In this document: one piece after another, positions 47,554-60,043 of the stretch
How the letters are laid out: every line of letters begins with the position of its first letter
Numbering within the stretch: position 1 is the stretch's first letter
Assembly (NCBI GenBank): GCA_037137575.1
Contig: JBAXKB010000004.1
Location: 268 to 64,267 of the forward strand
Direction of reading: 5' to 3'
Length of the DNA: 64,000 nucleotides
DNA from: Actinomycetes bacterium
GTDB lineage: Bacteria; Actinomycetota; Actinomycetes; S36-B12; UBA5976
Notes under the pieces: model-generated
What the model was told of the DNA's origin: nothing
The model's database searches: none
Seen by the model: the letters and a program-made list of their open reading frames with translations, nothing else
Position numbers and translations under genes: made by a program

Positions 47554-48851
47554 CATTAACTCCAGTTCTATCCGCACATTGGGATGACGCAGATTCGTAC
47601 ACAATTTCGGGTTACATGCGCCACGGTGGATACACCGCATTTAAAAAAGCATTAACCACAGACCCTGATGAAATCATTTCGTTAGTTAAAGACTCAGGCT
47701 TACGGGGTCGCGGTGGCGCAGGTTTCCCAACTGGTTTGAAGTGGAGTTTTGTTCCACAAAACGATGGCAAGCCGCACTACTTAGTTATCAACGCCGACGA
47801 GTCTGAGCCAGGTGCTTGTAAAGATATTCCGTTGATGATGGCGAATCCACACTCGTTAATCGAAGGCATGATTATCGCGGCATTTGCAATGCGCGCAAAC
47901 CACGCTTTCATTTACATTCGTGGTGAAGTGCCACATGTTTTCCGCCGCGTAAACGCCGCAATTCGTGAGGCTTACACCGCTGGGTACCTTGGCAAGAACA
48001 TCATGGGCTCCGGATTTGATCTTGAAGTTGTGCTTCATGCTGGAGCGGGAGCATACATTTGTGGTGAAGAAACCGCGCTACTTGATTCACTTGAAGGCCG
48101 CCGTGGACAACCCCGTTTGAAGCCACCGTTTCCTGCAGTTGCCGGGCTTTATTCATCGCCATCATGCGTGAACAATGTTGAGACCATCGCAAACATTCCT
48201 TACATCTTTAACAACGGTGTCGATTGGTTCCGATCATTTGGCACCGAAAAATCACCAGGATTCAAGTTATTCGCAGTTTCGGGTCATGTGAATCGCCCTG
48301 GTATTTACGAGGCTCCGCTGGGTATCACTATGCGCGAACTTTTGGAACACGCAGGTGGCGTTCGTGCTGGACACAGTGTGAAGTTCTGGTTGCCAGGTGG
48401 CTCATCAGTACCGATGCTTACCCCTGAACATTTAGACACTCCACTGACTTACGAAGACATCGCTGCCGCAGGTTCAATGCTTGGCACTGGAACTCCGATG
48501 GTGTTCGACAACACAACATCAGTTGTGCGAGCAGTTACCGGCTGGCTTGCTTTCTACAAGCACGAATCATGTGGCAAGTGCACGCCATGTCGTGAAGGTA
48601 CTTACTGGATCAGCGATGTTTTGCATCGCCTTGAAGAAGGTCATGGAACCGAAGCAGACCTAGAAACTCTGGTTGAATTGTGTGCACAGATTGCTGGTCG
48701 ATCATTTTGCGCACTTGGTGACGCAGCAGCAACGCCGTTCCCCGCAGCGCTTAAGTATTTCCGCGATGAATTTGTGCAGGCAACTACAACGCCAGCTAAC
48801 GAGTCTTACGATCCAACCGCTGCCACCGTTTTCGCAGGAGCAAGCCGATGA
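47550..48851 (+). CDS. nuoF: NADH-quinone oxidoreductase subunit F
   Basis: '[16 protein letters not shown]' (FMN/NADH site), '[10 protein letters not shown]' and '[12 protein letters not shown]'. Confidence 0.97.
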   Translation: MTLTPVLSAHWDDADSYTISGYMRHGGYTAFKKALTTDPDEIISLVKDSGLRGRGGAGFPTGLKWSFVPQNDGKPHYLVINADESEPGACKDIPLMMANPHSLIEGMIIAAFAMRANHAFIYIRGEVPHVFRRVNAAIREAYTAGYLGKNIMGSGFDLEVVLHAGAGAYICGEETALLDSLEGRRGQPRLKPPFPAVAGLYSSPSCVNNVETIANIPYIFNNGVDWFRSFGTEKSPGFKLFAVSGHVNRPGIYEAPLGITMRELLEHAGGVRAGHSVKFWLPGGSSVPMLTPEHLDTPLTYEDIAAAGSMLGTGTPMVFDNTTSVVRAVTGWLAFYKHESCGKCTPCREGTYWISDVLHRLEEGHGTEADLETLVELCAQIAGRSFCALGDAAATPFPAALKYFRDEFVQATTTPANESYDPTAATVFAGASR

Positions 48852-51073
48852 CTGTTACAACTTCCACTGTCACTTGCACTGTTGACGGGGTAACTGTTGA
48901 AGTACCTGCTGGCACGCTAATCATTCGTGTGGCCGAAATGCTTGGCACCGCAATTCCACGTTTCTGTGATCACCCACTTCTAGACACAGTGGCAGCTTGT
49001 CGCATGTGCCTAGTTGAAATTGAAGGTCAGCCAAAGCCACAGCCATCTTGTGCGATTCCAGTAACCGAAGGCATGGTTGTCAAAACTCAGCACACCAGCG
49101 AAGTTGCCGCAGCTGCGCAGGCTGGCGTGATGGAGTTCTTGCTGATTAACCATCCACTTGATTGCCCGGTGTGTGACAAGGGTGGCGAATGTCCGCTACA
49201 GAATCAGGCAATGACAAGTGGTCGTAGCGAGACTCGATTCACTGGCGTAAAACGCACATTCCCGAAGCCAATCAATGTCAGCGCCCAGGTTCTTCTAGAC
49301 CGCGAACGTTGCGTTTCATGCGCGCGCTGTACTCGCTTTGCTGATCAAATTGCTGGCGATCCGTTCATTGAACTTCTAGAGCGTGGGGCAAAACAGCAGG
49401 TTGGCATCTCCGAAGATCAGCCGTTCGATTCTTACTTCTCTGGTAACACAATCCAGATTTGCCCGGTAGGCGCATTAACAAGTGCGAAGTACCGATTCCG
49501 TTCCCGTCCATTCGATTTAGTTAGCACTCCAACTGCTTGTGAACACTGCGCAAGTGGTTGTGCGCTTCGCACCGACGTGCGTCGCGGCACTGTTATGCGT
49601 CGCTTGGCGTGGGATGCTCCGGAAGTTAATGAAGAGTGGAACTGCGACAAGGGTCGCTTTGCCTTCCCTTACTTAACCCAAGCGCGAATCACGACTCCAC
49701 TTGTTCGCGACGAAGATGGAAATCTTGTTCCAGCATCTTGGCCAGAAGCAATTCGTGTTGCCGCAGCCGGCTTAGCTAAAACTGGCGCACAAACCGGTGT
49801 TCTTACTGGTGGCCGTTTAACTAATGAAGATGCTGGCGCATACGCAGCATTTGCGCGCGGAGTGCTTGGCACAAACGATGTAGATTTCCGCGCTCGCGCA
49901 GTGAGCGATGAAGAGACCGCGTTTTTGGCAAATCATGTTGCTGGACGCGGCTTGGATGTCACTTATGCCGATCTAGAAGCAGCGCCAGCGGTGTTATTGG
50001 TTGAGTTTGAACCGGAAGACGAGTCACCGATTGTTTTCTTGCGCCTTCGTAAAGCAGCGCGTACTCGGGGAACAAAGGTTTATTCGGTAGCACCGTATGC
50101 AACTACCGGCTTGGGCAAAGTTGGTGGCACGTTAATTGCAACTGCGCCACATGCAACTCCATCCGCCGTTGCTGGTTCAGCCAAATTAGTAGCCGAATCA
50201 GGCAGCGTTATTTTGGTCGGCGAACGCGCGGCCTCCACACCAGGACTACTTACTGCAGTTGCCGAGTTAGCAACAGCGACAGGTGCTCGCATCGGTTGGA
50301 TTCCTCGTCGCGCCGGCGATCGTGGCGCACTTGATGCTGGTCTGTTGCCAATTAATGGGCGCAATACTGAAGACATCATCGATGCAGTTGGCTCAGACAT
50401 TTCGGGCCTAGTAATCGCTGGCGTCGCAAGTGAAGATTTGATGGCGGACCTCGAAGGCGCAATTGAGCGCGCTGAGTTTGTTGTCTCACTTGAAACCCGG
50501 CACACCGATGTAACGGCAATTGCTGATGTAGTTTTCCCAGTGGCCACTGTGGTTGAAAAAGCTGGAACATTACGCAACTGGGAAGGTCGCGATCGCAGTT
50601 TCACCGCTGTGGCGCCTAAACAAGGTGTCATTAGTGACGCTGCGGTTCTTGGCGAAATCGCACAGGAACTGGGCGTTCAACTTTCGGTTACTGAAAACTT
50701 TTGGGCAACTGCTGATAAGCCGGCACTTTCTGGCGCAGCTGTGGGCGCACCAGTTCTTGAATCTGGCCAGGCTGAACTAAGTTCTTGGCGCCACTTGTTA
50801 GATAAGGGCACATTGCAAGATGGCGAGCCTTACTTAGCAGCCACTTCGCGTGTTGCTGTCATTCGGGTAAGTGCTGCCACTGCAAAGTCTCTTAGCTTGG
50901 TCGATGGGGAATTCGCAACTGTAGATTGCTCTGGAGTAACAGCAAGTGCGCGAGTCATCTTCACCCACGACATGGTTGATGGGGTTGTCTGGATGCCGGG
51001 AAATAGCGAAGGCACTTCACTAAATCTGCCGTCTGGCTTAGTCGTAACTGTTACCGCTGGAGGTCAATCGTGA
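48848..51073 (+). CDS. nuoG: NADH-quinone oxidoreductase subunit G
   Basis: 'PRFCDHP', 'CRMCLVE', '[17 protein letters not shown]' and '[10 protein letters not shown]'. Confidence 0.97.
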   Translation: MTVTTSTVTCTVDGVTVEVPAGTLIIRVAEMLGTAIPRFCDHPLLDTVAACRMCLVEIEGQPKPQPSCAIPVTEGMVVKTQHTSEVAAAAQAGVMEFLLINHPLDCPVCDKGGECPLQNQAMTSGRSETRFTGVKRTFPKPINVSAQVLLDRERCVSCARCTRFADQIAGDPFIELLERGAKQQVGISEDQPFDSYFSGNTIQICPVGALTSAKYRFRSRPFDLVSTPTACEHCASGCALRTDVRRGTVMRRLAWDAPEVNEEWNCDKGRFAFPYLTQARITTPLVRDEDGNLVPASWPEAIRVAAAGLAKTGAQTGVLTGGRLTNEDAGAYAAFARGVLGTNDVDFRARAVSDEETAFLANHVAGRGLDVTYADLEAAPAVLLVEFEPEDESPIVFLRLRKAARTRGTKVYSVAPYATTGLGKVGGTLIATAPHATPSAVAGSAKLVAESGSVILVGERAASTPGLLTAVAELATATGARIGWIPRRAGDRGALDAGLLPINGRNTEDIIDAVGSDISGLVIAGVASEDLMADLEGAIERAEFVVSLETRHTDVTAIADVVFPVATVVEKAGTLRNWEGRDRSFTAVAPKQGVISDAAVLGEIAQELGVQLSVTENFWATADKPALSGAAVGAPVLESGQAELSSWRHLLDKGTLQDGEPYLAATSRVAVIRVSAATAKSLSLVDGEFATVDCSGVTASARVIFTHDMVDGVVWMPGNSEGTSLNLPSGLVVTVTAGGQS

Positions 51074-52404
51074 CATCGCTAGTTCGTGTGGGCCAAAGCG
51101 CAACTACCACTCAGTTTGGCACTGATCCGATTCTGATTATCTTGCTAAAGGTTGTCGGTATTTTCGCAATCATGGTGGTAATGACTCTTATGACGATTTG
51201 GGCTGAGCGTCGCGTGGTTGGTCGTATGCAGATGCGTATCGGTCCAAACCGAGTTGGTCCGTTTGGTTTACTGCAATCGCTGATGGATGGCATCAAACTT
51301 GCGCTCAAGGAAGAAATTATTCCCAAGACCGCTCACCTGGCCGTTTACTGCATCGCTCCAGTTATTTCAGCAACGACCGCGTTCTTAACATTCGCAGTTA
51401 TCCCACTTGGGCCAACAGTTTCCATGTTCGGACATCAAACACCGTTGCAGCTAACTGATTTCCCGGTTTCAGTTCTGTACGTGCTAGCGATTGCATCGAT
51501 AGGTATTTACGGAATCGTGCTTGCCGGTTGGGCATCTGGATCAACTTATCCACTACTTGGTGGTCTGCGTTCAAGTGCTCAGATGATTAGTTACGAAATT
51601 GCGATGGGCTTGTCCTTCGTGGCAGTGTTCCTCTACGCATCTTCGATGTCTACTTCGGTGATCGTAGAAAGTCAGCAGCATGTCTGGTACGGCGTTTTGC
51701 TATTGCCATCATTTGCGATTTATACGATTGCAATGGTTGGCGAAACTAACCGCGCACCATTTGACCTTCCAGAAGCTGAAGGTGAACTAGTTGGTGGTTT
51801 CCATACCGAGTACTCGTCACTCAAGTTCGCGCTATTCTTCCTAGCTGAGTACGTGAACATGGTGACGGTTTCAGCGATGGCAACCACATTGTTCCTTGGC
51901 GGCTGGCGCGCACCATGGCCAATTTCAGTTTGGTCTGGGGCAAACCAAGGCTGGTGGCCACTGCTTTGGTTCTTTGGAAAAATCTTCGCGTTCCTATTCG
52001 TTTTCATCTGGCTCCGCGGCACACTTCCACGCATGCGATACGACCAGTTCATGAAGTTCGGTTGGAAAGTTTTAATTCCAGTTTCAATTGTGTGGATTGT
52101 CATCGTGGCAACCGCTCGCGAATTACGCAATGCAAACATGCTAGATACGCGCATGCTGTTGTTCATTGCTAGCTCAGTGCTATTTGTTGGCGTAGTTATT
52201 TCGTACTACCTAGAAATTCGTGCCAAGAAGCGTGATTCGGTAATCGAGCACGAGCAGCGCCAACGCGAAGCCCGTGGTTTTGATCCATTTGAAGGTGGGT
52301 TCCCAGTTCCACCACTACCCGGGCAGAGCGCTCAACCATCTCGCTTGAGTTCAATAAAGGTCGCCCAAACACAAGATCCAGTAGCGCAAGTGGAAGGTCA
52401 GTAA
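51070..52404 (+). CDS. nuoH: NADH-quinone oxidoreductase subunit H
   Basis: '[25 protein letters not shown]' and '[25 protein letters not shown]'. GTGA overlap with nuoG. It has a long hydrophilic C-terminal tail. Confidence 0.96.
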   Translation: MTSLVRVGQSATTTQFGTDPILIILLKVVGIFAIMVVMTLMTIWAERRVVGRMQMRIGPNRVGPFGLLQSLMDGIKLALKEEIIPKTAHLAVYCIAPVISATTAFLTFAVIPLGPTVSMFGHQTPLQLTDFPVSVLYVLAIASIGIYGIVLAGWASGSTYPLLGGLRSSAQMISYEIAMGLSFVAVFLYASSMSTSVIVESQQHVWYGVLLLPSFAIYTIAMVGETNRAPFDLPEAEGELVGGFHTEYSSLKFALFFLAEYVNMVTVSAMATTLFLGGWRAPWPISVWSGANQGWWPLLWFFGKIFAFLFVFIWLRGTLPRMRYDQFMKFGWKVLIPVSIVWIVIVATARELRNANMLDTRMLLFIASSVLFVGVVISYYLEIRAKKRDSVIEHEQRQREARGFDPFEGGFPVPPLPGQSAQPSRLSSIKVAQTQDPVAQVEGQ

Positions 52405-52943
52405 TGCCACAGTTACCACAAGTGATTCGCGGATTTAGTGTCACGTTTTTCGCAATGTTCAAGAAAGTCACAACTGAGCAGTATCCAGAAGAGCGCGACA
52501 TCTACCCACCGAAGCCACGCTTTCATGGTCGTCACCAACTAAACCGTCATCCTGATGGTCTAGAAAAATGTATTGGCTGTGAACTTTGTGCTTGGGCTTG
52601 TCCTGCCGATGCCATTTTGGTTGAAGGCGCTGACAACACTGAAGAAGAGCGATTCTCGCCAGGCGAACGCTATGGCCGCATTTATCAAATCAACTATTTG
52701 CGTTGCATTTTGTGCGGGCTTTGCATCGAAGCTTGTCCGACGCGCGCGCTAACCATGACCAATGAATACGAGCTTGCCGATAATTCCCGCGAAAAACTCA
52801 TCTATGAAAAGGCTGACTTACTAGCGCCACTTTTGCCAGGTATGGAAGCTGCTCCGCATGAAATGGCAGTTGGCGCTACAGATACGGATTACTACCTTGG
52901 CAATGTGACTGGGGTAAATCAGCTAAAGGCGGTGACTGAGTAA
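52404..52943 (+). CDS. nuoI: NADH-quinone oxidoreductase subunit I
   Basis: Two CxxCxxCxxxCP motifs: '[12 protein letters not shown]' and '[12 protein letters not shown]'. Confidence 0.96.
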   Translation: MPQLPQVIRGFSVTFFAMFKKVTTEQYPEERDIYPPKPRFHGRHQLNRHPDGLEKCIGCELCAWACPADAILVEGADNTEEERFSPGERYGRIYQINYLRCILCGLCIEACPTRALTMTNEYELADNSREKLIYEKADLLAPLLPGMEAAPHEMAVGATDTDYYLGNVTGVNQLKAVTE

Positions 52944-53668
52944 TGACTGGTGAAGTTGTAATTTTTTGGGTTACCGCAATTTTTTCGGTAGCCGGGGCAG
53001 TTGGCATGGTCATTTCACGCAAGGCAGTCCATAGCGCTCTATGGGTTGCCTTCACCATGATCAATCTTGCGGTGCTCTACTTCAGTCTCGGTGGCGCTTT
53101 TCTGGGCACAACCCAAATTGTTGTTTATACCGGTGCGGTAATGATGCTGTTCCTGTTCGTTTTGATGATTGTTGGTGTTGACTCATCAGATTCATTGATC
53201 GAAACCATCAAAGGGCAGCGGATTGTGGGCACTATTTTTGCATTTGCAATGGGCGCTCTTCTAACTTCAGCGATTACCACAACTGGCTTCTCAGCCGCTG
53301 CTGGTGTTGCTGGCGCCAATGAGGCAAGCGGTGGAAACATCGAGGGTTTGGCTCAACTAATTTTCGGCCGCTACTTACTTGCCTTTGAGGTAACTTCCGC
53401 ACTTTTGATTACTGCCGCACTTGGCGCAATGGTTTTGGCGCACAATGAACGCTGGACACCACGTAAAACTCAAGCGCAGTTGCAGCGCGAGCGCACACTT
53501 GCGGGTCATCCAACACCAATGCCAAGTCCCGGCGTGTTGGCGCTACATAACTCAGTTGATACCCCTGCTCTGTTGCCAGATGGTTCACCTTCGCAAGAGT
53601 CTTTGCCACGAATTTTCAAGTCGGTTCAACATCCTGATGATTCAACAAACAACGAGGTGACTTCATGA
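52943..53668 (+). CDS. nuoJ: NADH-quinone oxidoreductase subunit J
   Basis: Position in the operon, polytopic character, '[15 protein letters not shown]' and '[15 protein letters not shown]'. Confidence 0.92.
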   Translation: MTGEVVIFWVTAIFSVAGAVGMVISRKAVHSALWVAFTMINLAVLYFSLGGAFLGTTQIVVYTGAVMMLFLFVLMIVGVDSSDSLIETIKGQRIVGTIFAFAMGALLTSAITTTGFSAAAGVAGANEASGGNIEGLAQLIFGRYLLAFEVTSALLITAALGAMVLAHNERWTPRKTQAQLQRERTLAGHPTPMPSPGVLALHNSVDTPALLPDGSPSQESLPRIFKSVQHPDDSTNNEVTS

Positions 53669-53964
53669 ACCCGAACAACTATTTAGTTCTTGCCGGCATC
53701 TTGTTCACAATCGGCGCTTTTGGTGTGTTAGTTCGCCGCAACGCAATCATTGTTTTCATGAGTGTTGAAATGATGCTCAACGCTGCAAACCTGGCTTTTG
53801 TCGCGGCCTCACATATCACGGGAACTCTTGATGGCCAGGCGGCAGCTTTTTTCGTAATGGTTGTCGCTGCGGCTGAAGTCGTGGTTGGGCTTGCCATCAT
53901 TGTTGTGATTTTCCGTACCCGTCGCTCAGCTTCAATTGATGAAGCAAGTCTGTTGAAGTACTAG
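53665..53964 (+). CDS. nuoK: NADH-quinone oxidoreductase subunit K
   Basis: 99 aa with three TM helices: '[14 protein letters not shown]' and '[11 protein letters not shown]'. Confidence 0.95.
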   Translation: MNPNNYLVLAGILFTIGAFGVLVRRNAIIVFMSVEMMLNAANLAFVAASHITGTLDGQAAAFFVMVVAAAEVVVGLAIIVVIFRTRRSASIDEASLLKY

Positions 53965-53974
53965 GGGATTATTG

Positions 53975-55834
53975 ATGATTTCTGCACTCATTGGCTTGCC
54001 ATTATTTGGCGCGGCTTTACTGTTGCTCGGTGGCCGCCGGACAAATGCTTGGGGCCATTACTTCGCGGTCGCAATGTCGTCATCAGCATTTATCGTTGGT
54101 GTCACCCAGTTCATTGCGCTGCTTGGTAAGCCAGCAGAAGAGCGAAGCATTGATACAAAACTTTTTGATTGGATTTCAGTTGGCACGTTCCATGTGCCAT
54201 TTGGCTTACATTTGGATCAACTTTCAATGGTTTTCGTGCTACTTATTACTGGCGTTGGTTCGCTAATTCATGTTTACTCAATCGGTTACATGGCGCACGA
54301 TGAAAACCGCCGCCGATTCTTTGGTTACCTAAACCTTTTCGTAGCGGCGATGTTGCTGCTAGTTCTCGCCGATAATTACTTGCTGTTGTACGTAGGTTGG
54401 GAAGGCGTTGGTTTAGCCTCGTACCTACTTATCAGCTTCTACCAACACAAGCCATCTGCAGCAGTTGCTGGCAAGAAAGCATTCGTAGTCAATCGCGTTG
54501 GCGATGTTGGCTTGTCTGTTGCCATCATGTTGATGTTCGTTACTTTCAAAGATGTGACATTTAGCGGTGTTACTGCACATGCGCAGCATGCATCAGGGCA
54601 CAGCTTGACCCTCATCGGCTTGGCGCTGTTGCTAGCCGCTTGTGGAAAGAGTGCTCAGTTCCCATTGCAATCTTGGTTACTCGATGCGATGGAAGGCCCT
54701 ACTCCGGTATCGGCTCTGATTCACGCGGCAACCATGGTTACCGCCGGTGTTTATTTAATTGTTCGCGCACATGCGATCTTCGATCTTTCTGAAACTGCGC
54801 GCACTGCTGTCGTGGTTATCGGTGCAATCACACTATTGCTCGGTGCATTCATTGGTACTGCCAAAGACGACATTAAAAAAGGTCTGGCTGGTTCAACCAT
54901 GAGCCAGATCGGTTACATGATTTTGGCTGCTGGTCTAGGCCCAGTTGGTTATGTATTCGCTATCTTCCACTTGTTAACCCACGGCATGTTCAAAGCCGGA
55001 TTATTCCTTGGCGCTGGTTCAGTGATGCATGGTATGGAAGATGATGTAAACATGCGCAACTACGGCGCACTTCGTGGGGCCATGAAAATCACTTACATCT
55101 CATTTGGACTTGGTTTTCTAGCGATCATCGGTATTCCACCGTTCGCTGGTTTCTGGAGTAAGGATGAAATTATTCATGCTGCATTCTCACAGAACCTAGT
55201 TGTTGGCTTGGCTACTTTGTTAGGTGCGGGAGTTACCGCGTTCTACATGACCCGAATGATGGCCATGACATTCTTTGGTGAATCTCGTTGGAAGAAAGGT
55301 GTTCATCCACACGAGTCACCACTTGTTATGACTGCGCCAATGATTATTTTGGCCATTGGTTCAGTATTTGGCGGCTTGGCGCTTAAGTTCCTAGGCGACA
55401 TCGAGTTGTGGCTTGAGCCAGTTGTTGGAGTCGCAGCGCCAAAAGATCCGGCATCTAACGCTGTGTTAATTCCAGTCACACTTACCGTTGTGCTACTCGG
55501 CGCAGGATATGGCTGGCTTAAGTACGCCAAGACTCCAGTACCTGCACTGGCCCCAGAAAATGTTTCGTTACTAACCCGCGCAGCTCGCGCAGATGTATAT
55601 GGTGATGCATTGAACGAGGCGGTATTCATGCGCCCTGGTCAGTACCTGACTCGCGCGCTTGTTTGGTTTGATTCACGAGCGGTCGATGGCCTGGTCGGTG
55701 GCTTGAGCGCAACTGTCGGCGGCCTATCTGCTCGATTGCGCCGCACCCAAAATGGGCTTGTTCGTTCGTACGCGTTAACTATGGTTGGCGGCGCTGTCTT
55801 GATTGCTTTAGTTCTACTCTTAGTGAGGCTCTAA
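53975..55834 (+). CDS. nuoL: NADH-quinone oxidoreductase subunit L
   Basis: Antiporter-like '[15 protein letters not shown]', '[32 protein letters not shown]' and the long lateral helix region. The ATG at 53975 is 7 nt after AGGGG. A TTG at 53972 is one codon upstream. Confidence 0.95.
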   Translation: MISALIGLPLFGAALLLLGGRRTNAWGHYFAVAMSSSAFIVGVTQFIALLGKPAEERSIDTKLFDWISVGTFHVPFGLHLDQLSMVFVLLITGVGSLIHVYSIGYMAHDENRRRFFGYLNLFVAAMLLLVLADNYLLLYVGWEGVGLASYLLISFYQHKPSAAVAGKKAFVVNRVGDVGLSVAIMLMFVTFKDVTFSGVTAHAQHASGHSLTLIGLALLLAACGKSAQFPLQSWLLDAMEGPTPVSALIHAATMVTAGVYLIVRAHAIFDLSETARTAVVVIGAITLLLGAFIGTAKDDIKKGLAGSTMSQIGYMILAAGLGPVGYVFAIFHLLTHGMFKAGLFLGAGSVMHGMEDDVNMRNYGALRGAMKITYISFGLGFLAIIGIPPFAGFWSKDEIIHAAFSQNLVVGLATLLGAGVTAFYMTRMMAMTFFGESRWKKGVHPHESPLVMTAPMIILAIGSVFGGLALKFLGDIELWLEPVVGVAAPKDPASNAVLIPVTLTVVLLGAGYGWLKYAKTPVPALAPENVSLLTRAARADVYGDALNEAVFMRPGQYLTRALVWFDSRAVDGLVGGLSATVGGLSARLRRTQNGLVRSYALTMVGGAVLIALVLLLVRL

Positions 55835-55836
55835 CT

Positions 55837-57342
55837 ATGTTGTTAACCGGTTTGATGCTAACGCCGCTAGTTGGTGCGATTGCAGTTTTTGCGCTACCAG
55901 CCTCACGTACTTTGTTGGCAAAACAGATTGCCTTGTTTTTTGCAACTATCACCACAGCAGGCGCTGTTTATGTTGGCATTTCGCTCGATCCAAATGTTAA
56001 AGGGATGCAGTTCACCGAAAGTCATGCGTGGATTCCAACTTTCAGCATCAATTGGGCGCTTGGCGTAGACGGAATCGCAGCTGTTCTTATTGTGATGGCT
56101 ACGATTTTGGTGCCACTAGTAATCATCGCTAGTTGGAACGATGTTGAGCGTATTGGTCGCGGAACTGTAAAAGGTTACTTTGGCTTAATCCTGCTTCTTG
56201 AAACTTTTATGATCGGTGTTTTTGCTGCGACCGACTTGTTCTTGTTCTATGTGTTCTTTGAGGCCATGTTGATTCCGGTTTATTTCCTAATCGGTCGTTT
56301 TGGTGGGCCACAGCGCGCATATGCTGCGATGAAATTCTTGCTCTATTCACTTGTGGGTGGGCTGTTCATGTTGGCATCGCTCATCGGCTTGTTCATTGTT
56401 TCCATGCGAACCAGTGCCACGGGCGGAAGTTTTGATTTCCAAACTTTAGTTGATTTGAACATTGATCCAGCCACACAAAAAATGTTGTTCCTTGGCTTCT
56501 TCTTTGCATTCGCAGTTAAAGCTCCGATGGTGCCGTTCCATACTTGGTTGCCAGATGCTGCAGCGGAATCAACCCCAGGAACTGCAACCTTGCTTGTTGG
56601 GGTGCTAGACAAAGTTGGCACTTTTGGCATGCTGCACTTCTTGTTGCCGATTTTCCCTGATGCAAGCAAGTTCTACGCTCCAGTGATTATCACGCTTGCA
56701 GTGATCAGCATCTTCTACGGCGCATTGCTGGCCATTGGGCAGACCGACATGATGCGCCTCGTAGCTTTCTCTTCAATTTCCCACTTCGGCTTTATCGTGC
56801 TCGGTATTTTCGTATTCACATCACAAGGTCTATCTGGTTCAACTTTCTATATGGTGAATCACGGTTTCTCAACCGGCGCGTTGTTCTTGGTGGTGGGGTT
56901 CTTAGCAAGCCGCCGCGGCTCATCATTGATCGCTGACTTTGGTGGCGTGACTCGAGTAGCCCCAATTCTTTCCGGTGTTATTTTGCTCGCTGGCTTGTCC
57001 TCGCTTGCGCTTCCAGGTATGTCTAGTTTCGTCTCGGAGTTCCTAGTTCTGTTAGGAACATTTAGCGTGTATCAGTGGGTAGCAGTGGTTGCCACGACCG
57101 GCATTGTGTTGGCGGCGTTCTACATTCTTTGGATGTATCAGCGCGTAGTAACCGGCGAGCCATCCCAAGAAGTGCGCGACACGGTTACCGAAATTTCTAC
57201 TCGTGAATTGGTCGCTATTGCGCCAATCATTGCGTTAATCATTTTGCTTGGGGTGTTCCCTCAGACAGCCTTGCGAATAATCAATCCAGCGGTGCAACAA
57301 GTATCGAATGTCTTGGAATCGGGTAATGGGGGTCAAGGATAA
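55837..57342 (+). CDS. nuoM: NADH-quinone oxidoreductase subunit M
   Basis: 'FEAMLIPVYFLIG' and 'KAPMVPFHTWLPDAAAESTPGTA'. Confidence 0.95.
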   Translation: MLLTGLMLTPLVGAIAVFALPASRTLLAKQIALFFATITTAGAVYVGISLDPNVKGMQFTESHAWIPTFSINWALGVDGIAAVLIVMATILVPLVIIASWNDVERIGRGTVKGYFGLILLLETFMIGVFAATDLFLFYVFFEAMLIPVYFLIGRFGGPQRAYAAMKFLLYSLVGGLFMLASLIGLFIVSMRTSATGGSFDFQTLVDLNIDPATQKMLFLGFFFAFAVKAPMVPFHTWLPDAAAESTPGTATLLVGVLDKVGTFGMLHFLLPIFPDASKFYAPVIITLAVISIFYGALLAIGQTDMMRLVAFSSISHFGFIVLGIFVFTSQGLSGSTFYMVNHGFSTGALFLVVGFLASRRGSSLIADFGGVTRVAPILSGVILLAGLSSLALPGMSSFVSEFLVLLGTFSVYQWVAVVATTGIVLAAFYILWMYQRVVTGEPSQEVRDTVTEISTRELVAIAPIIALIILLGVFPQTALRIINPAVQQVSNVLESGNGGQG

Positions 57343-58910
57343 TGACACCGACTATAGAGTACGGCGCGCTTGCACCAATCAGCATCGTGATGTCCGCTGG
57401 AGTGATTTCCATTTTGCTTGAAGCGTTCTTACCTCGCACTACCCGCAGGCCGGTACAGCTGGTGCTGGTATTTTCAACTTTGGCACTTGCCTTGTTTTAT
57501 GCACTTCTTAATTCGTTAAGTGGCAAAGCAGGCTCCGCTATGGGTCAAGGCGGACAGTTGCGCGGACTGCGCCAACTGGTTTCCTCCGGTTCAGTAGCAA
57601 TTGATGGCCCTGGCCTATTTCTCCAGGTAACTATTTTGCTAGTCGCTGTAGTTGGCGCGCTGCTTATTGCTGAACGCGGCATTGATCCGCAGGGTGATGC
57701 ATTCGCTGCTCGCGCATCTGCCCTTCCTGGCAGTGAAGACGAGCGTCAATTTACCAACCAAGGTTGGTTGCAGACCGAAATCTGGCCACTGTTCTTATTC
57801 GCAGTCGGCGGCATGCTGTTGTTCCCGGTATCTAACGACCTGCTGACTATGTTTGTGGCACTTGAAGTTCTGTCGCTGCCGTTGTACTTACTAGCAAGTA
57901 TGGCGCGCCGACGTCGCTTGCTCAGCCAAGAAGCAGCCCTGAAGTATTTCGTTCTAGGCGCATTCTCCAGTGCATTCTTCCTATTTGGGGCAGCACTTAT
58001 CTATGCGGCAACTGGCACGCTGACTTTCGGAGAAATTTCTACCGCATTGGGCAATTCATCACACGATGCAATTGTGTTGGCTGGTGTCGGTCTGATTGCA
58101 GTTGGCTTGTTATTTAAAGTGGGCGCAGTGCCATTTCATCAGTGGACTCCAGATGTTTATCAGGGCGCACCAACCCCATTGGTTGCTTTCATGGCAGCCG
58201 CTACAAAAGTGGCAGCGTTTGGCGCACTTCTTCGCATCTTCTACGTAGCATTTGGCACTCTGCGTTGGGATTGGCGACCAATGATGTGGGCTGTGGCTAT
58301 CGTGACCATGTTGCTCGGCTCGTTATTGGCGGTAACGCAGACTGACATCAAGCGCATGCTTGCTTATTCGTCTGTGGCACATTCTGGTTTCATTCTTCTT
58401 GGCGTCATTGCCGCTTCGCAGGCAGGATTAGCTACTTCGCTGTTCTACTTATTTGCGTATTCATTTACCACACTTGGCTCATTCGCCATTGTGTCGTTGG
58501 TGCGCGATCCATCTGGCGAGGCAACACACCTATCTAGTTGGGCTGGCCTAGGCAAGAAGTCACCTTTGGTGGCTGGGATTTTTGCGTTGTTCCTGCTCTC
58601 ACTAGCTGGCATTCCGCTAACTAGTGGTTTCACCGCAAAGTTTGCCGTGTTTGGCGCAGCTATTGAAGGCGGAGCAACACCGCTTGTGATTACCGCTGTT
58701 ATCTCGAGCGCGATTGCTGCTTTCTTCTACGCGCGCGTCATAGTTTTGATGTTCTTCTCGGAAGGCAAAGCAGACGATGTCGCCGTTGTCGTGCCCAGTG
58801 CATTCACCAAGATTGCTATTGCTATTAGTGTCGCCGTCACCTTGCTATTGGGCATCCTGCCTGAACAAGTTCTCGAAGCGGTCACTAATGCCGGTTTGTT
58901 CGTACGATAG
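57342..58910 (+). CDS. nuoN: NADH-quinone oxidoreductase subunit N
   Basis: 'ALEVLSLPLYLL' and 'KVGAVPFHQWTPDVYQGAPTP'. TAATG overlap with nuoM. Confidence 0.95.
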   Translation: MTPTIEYGALAPISIVMSAGVISILLEAFLPRTTRRPVQLVLVFSTLALALFYALLNSLSGKAGSAMGQGGQLRGLRQLVSSGSVAIDGPGLFLQVTILLVAVVGALLIAERGIDPQGDAFAARASALPGSEDERQFTNQGWLQTEIWPLFLFAVGGMLLFPVSNDLLTMFVALEVLSLPLYLLASMARRRRLLSQEAALKYFVLGAFSSAFFLFGAALIYAATGTLTFGEISTALGNSSHDAIVLAGVGLIAVGLLFKVGAVPFHQWTPDVYQGAPTPLVAFMAAATKVAAFGALLRIFYVAFGTLRWDWRPMMWAVAIVTMLLGSLLAVTQTDIKRMLAYSSVAHSGFILLGVIAASQAGLATSLFYLFAYSFTTLGSFAIVSLVRDPSGEATHLSSWAGLGKKSPLVAGIFALFLLSLAGIPLTSGFTAKFAVFGAAIEGGATPLVITAVISSAIAAFFYARVIVLMFFSEGKADDVAVVVPSAFTKIAIAISVAVTLLLGILPEQVLEAVTNAGLFVR

Positions 58911-58936
58911 GAATTGGCACCCGCCAACGATGTAAT

Positions 58937-59911
58937 GTGACTGTTTTCCCAGAAGAGCTAGCAACACTTGAGGCAGATTTGTCTGTCCGACTAGTTGCCG
59001 TGGAAGATTTGTTACGCAGCGAAATTGCCAGTGATTATGCCTTGGCAGACATCACGGCTCGTCACTTAGTTGAAGCCGGCGGAAAGCGATTTCGCCCACT
59101 ACTTGTGCTGCTAGCTGCGCAATTTGGTAATCCAGATTCACCGGGCGTTATTCCTGCTGCGGTTGTCGTTGAACTTACCCATCTAGCGACGCTGTATCAC
59201 GACGATGTTATGGACGAAGCAGACGTTCGACGCGGCGCACAGTCAGCTAATAGTCGTTGGGGTAATACAGTTGCAATTTTGAGTGGGGATTTCTTATTCG
59301 CCCGGTCCTCAAAAATTCTGGCAGATTTAGGGCCAGAGGCAGTACGTGTGCAAGCACAAACGTTCGAACGTTTAGTCGTTGGCCAACTTCGCGAAAGTGT
59401 TGGACCGCAAGCCGGCGAAAACGCCGTTGCTCATCACCTGCAGGTTTTGGCGGATAAGACTGGCTCGCTTATTGCAGCTGCTGGTCGTTATGGCGCCATG
59501 ATGAGTGGGGTAGACGCAGAAACAACCGATGCAATTGCCGAGTTTGGCGAATGTGTCGGCGTAGTTTTCCAACTTAGCGATGACTTATTAGATATTGAAT
59601 CTGAAGTTTCAGGCAAAACACCGGGCACTGATTTGCGAGAAGGCATTAAAACTTTGCCCGCGCTCTTGGCTTTGCAGGATGAAACCACCACACAGGAATT
59701 ACGCGATTTGTTATCGCGCCCGTTGCCTAATGATGCCGACCATCTACGGGCGCTAACTTTACTGCGCGAGCATCCTGCAATGCGTGCTGCCCGCGATGTC
59801 TTGAATGAGTGGGCAGATCGGGCCCGCGACCTGTTACAGAAACTGCCAGACACGCAGGCTCGCTCGGCCCTGAATGTGCTCATTGACAACGTGAGTGATC
59901 GAAAAATCTAG
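58937..59911 (+). CDS. Polyprenyl diphosphate synthase (GrcC1/HepT-like, for the menaquinone side chain)
   Basis: First and second Asp-rich motifs, 'LYHDDVMDEAD' and 'QLSDDLLD', plus 'GKRFRP'. Confidence 0.9.
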   Translation: MTVFPEELATLEADLSVRLVAVEDLLRSEIASDYALADITARHLVEAGGKRFRPLLVLLAAQFGNPDSPGVIPAAVVVELTHLATLYHDDVMDEADVRRGAQSANSRWGNTVAILSGDFLFARSSKILADLGPEAVRVQAQTFERLVVGQLRESVGPQAGENAVAHHLQVLADKTGSLIAAAGRYGAMMSGVDAETTDAIAEFGECVGVVFQLSDDLLDIESEVSGKTPGTDLREGIKTLPALLALQDETTTQELRDLLSRPLPNDADHLRALTLLREHPAMRAARDVLNEWADRARDLLQKLPDTQARSALNVLIDNVSDRKI

Positions 59912-60043
59912 GTAATTCGGGCTTTTTCGCCTCTTCTAGGTAAAGAAATAGCCAAGATTTAGCCAAATCCCATTTTTCCACTAGAAATTGCCCAGTTTGC
60001 CCGCCACAATGAAGTTAAGAGTTTTTCGGCTTTAGGAGCAGGT

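Noticed and set aside
50080-50631. A 183-aa minus-strand ORF inside nuoG. Similar antisense or alternate-frame ORFs occur within nuoD, nuoH, nuoL, nuoM and nuoN.
   Set aside because: These are shadow ORFs opposite strongly conserved complex I genes. They have no RBS and a low-complexity Ala/Ser/Thr/Arg composition.
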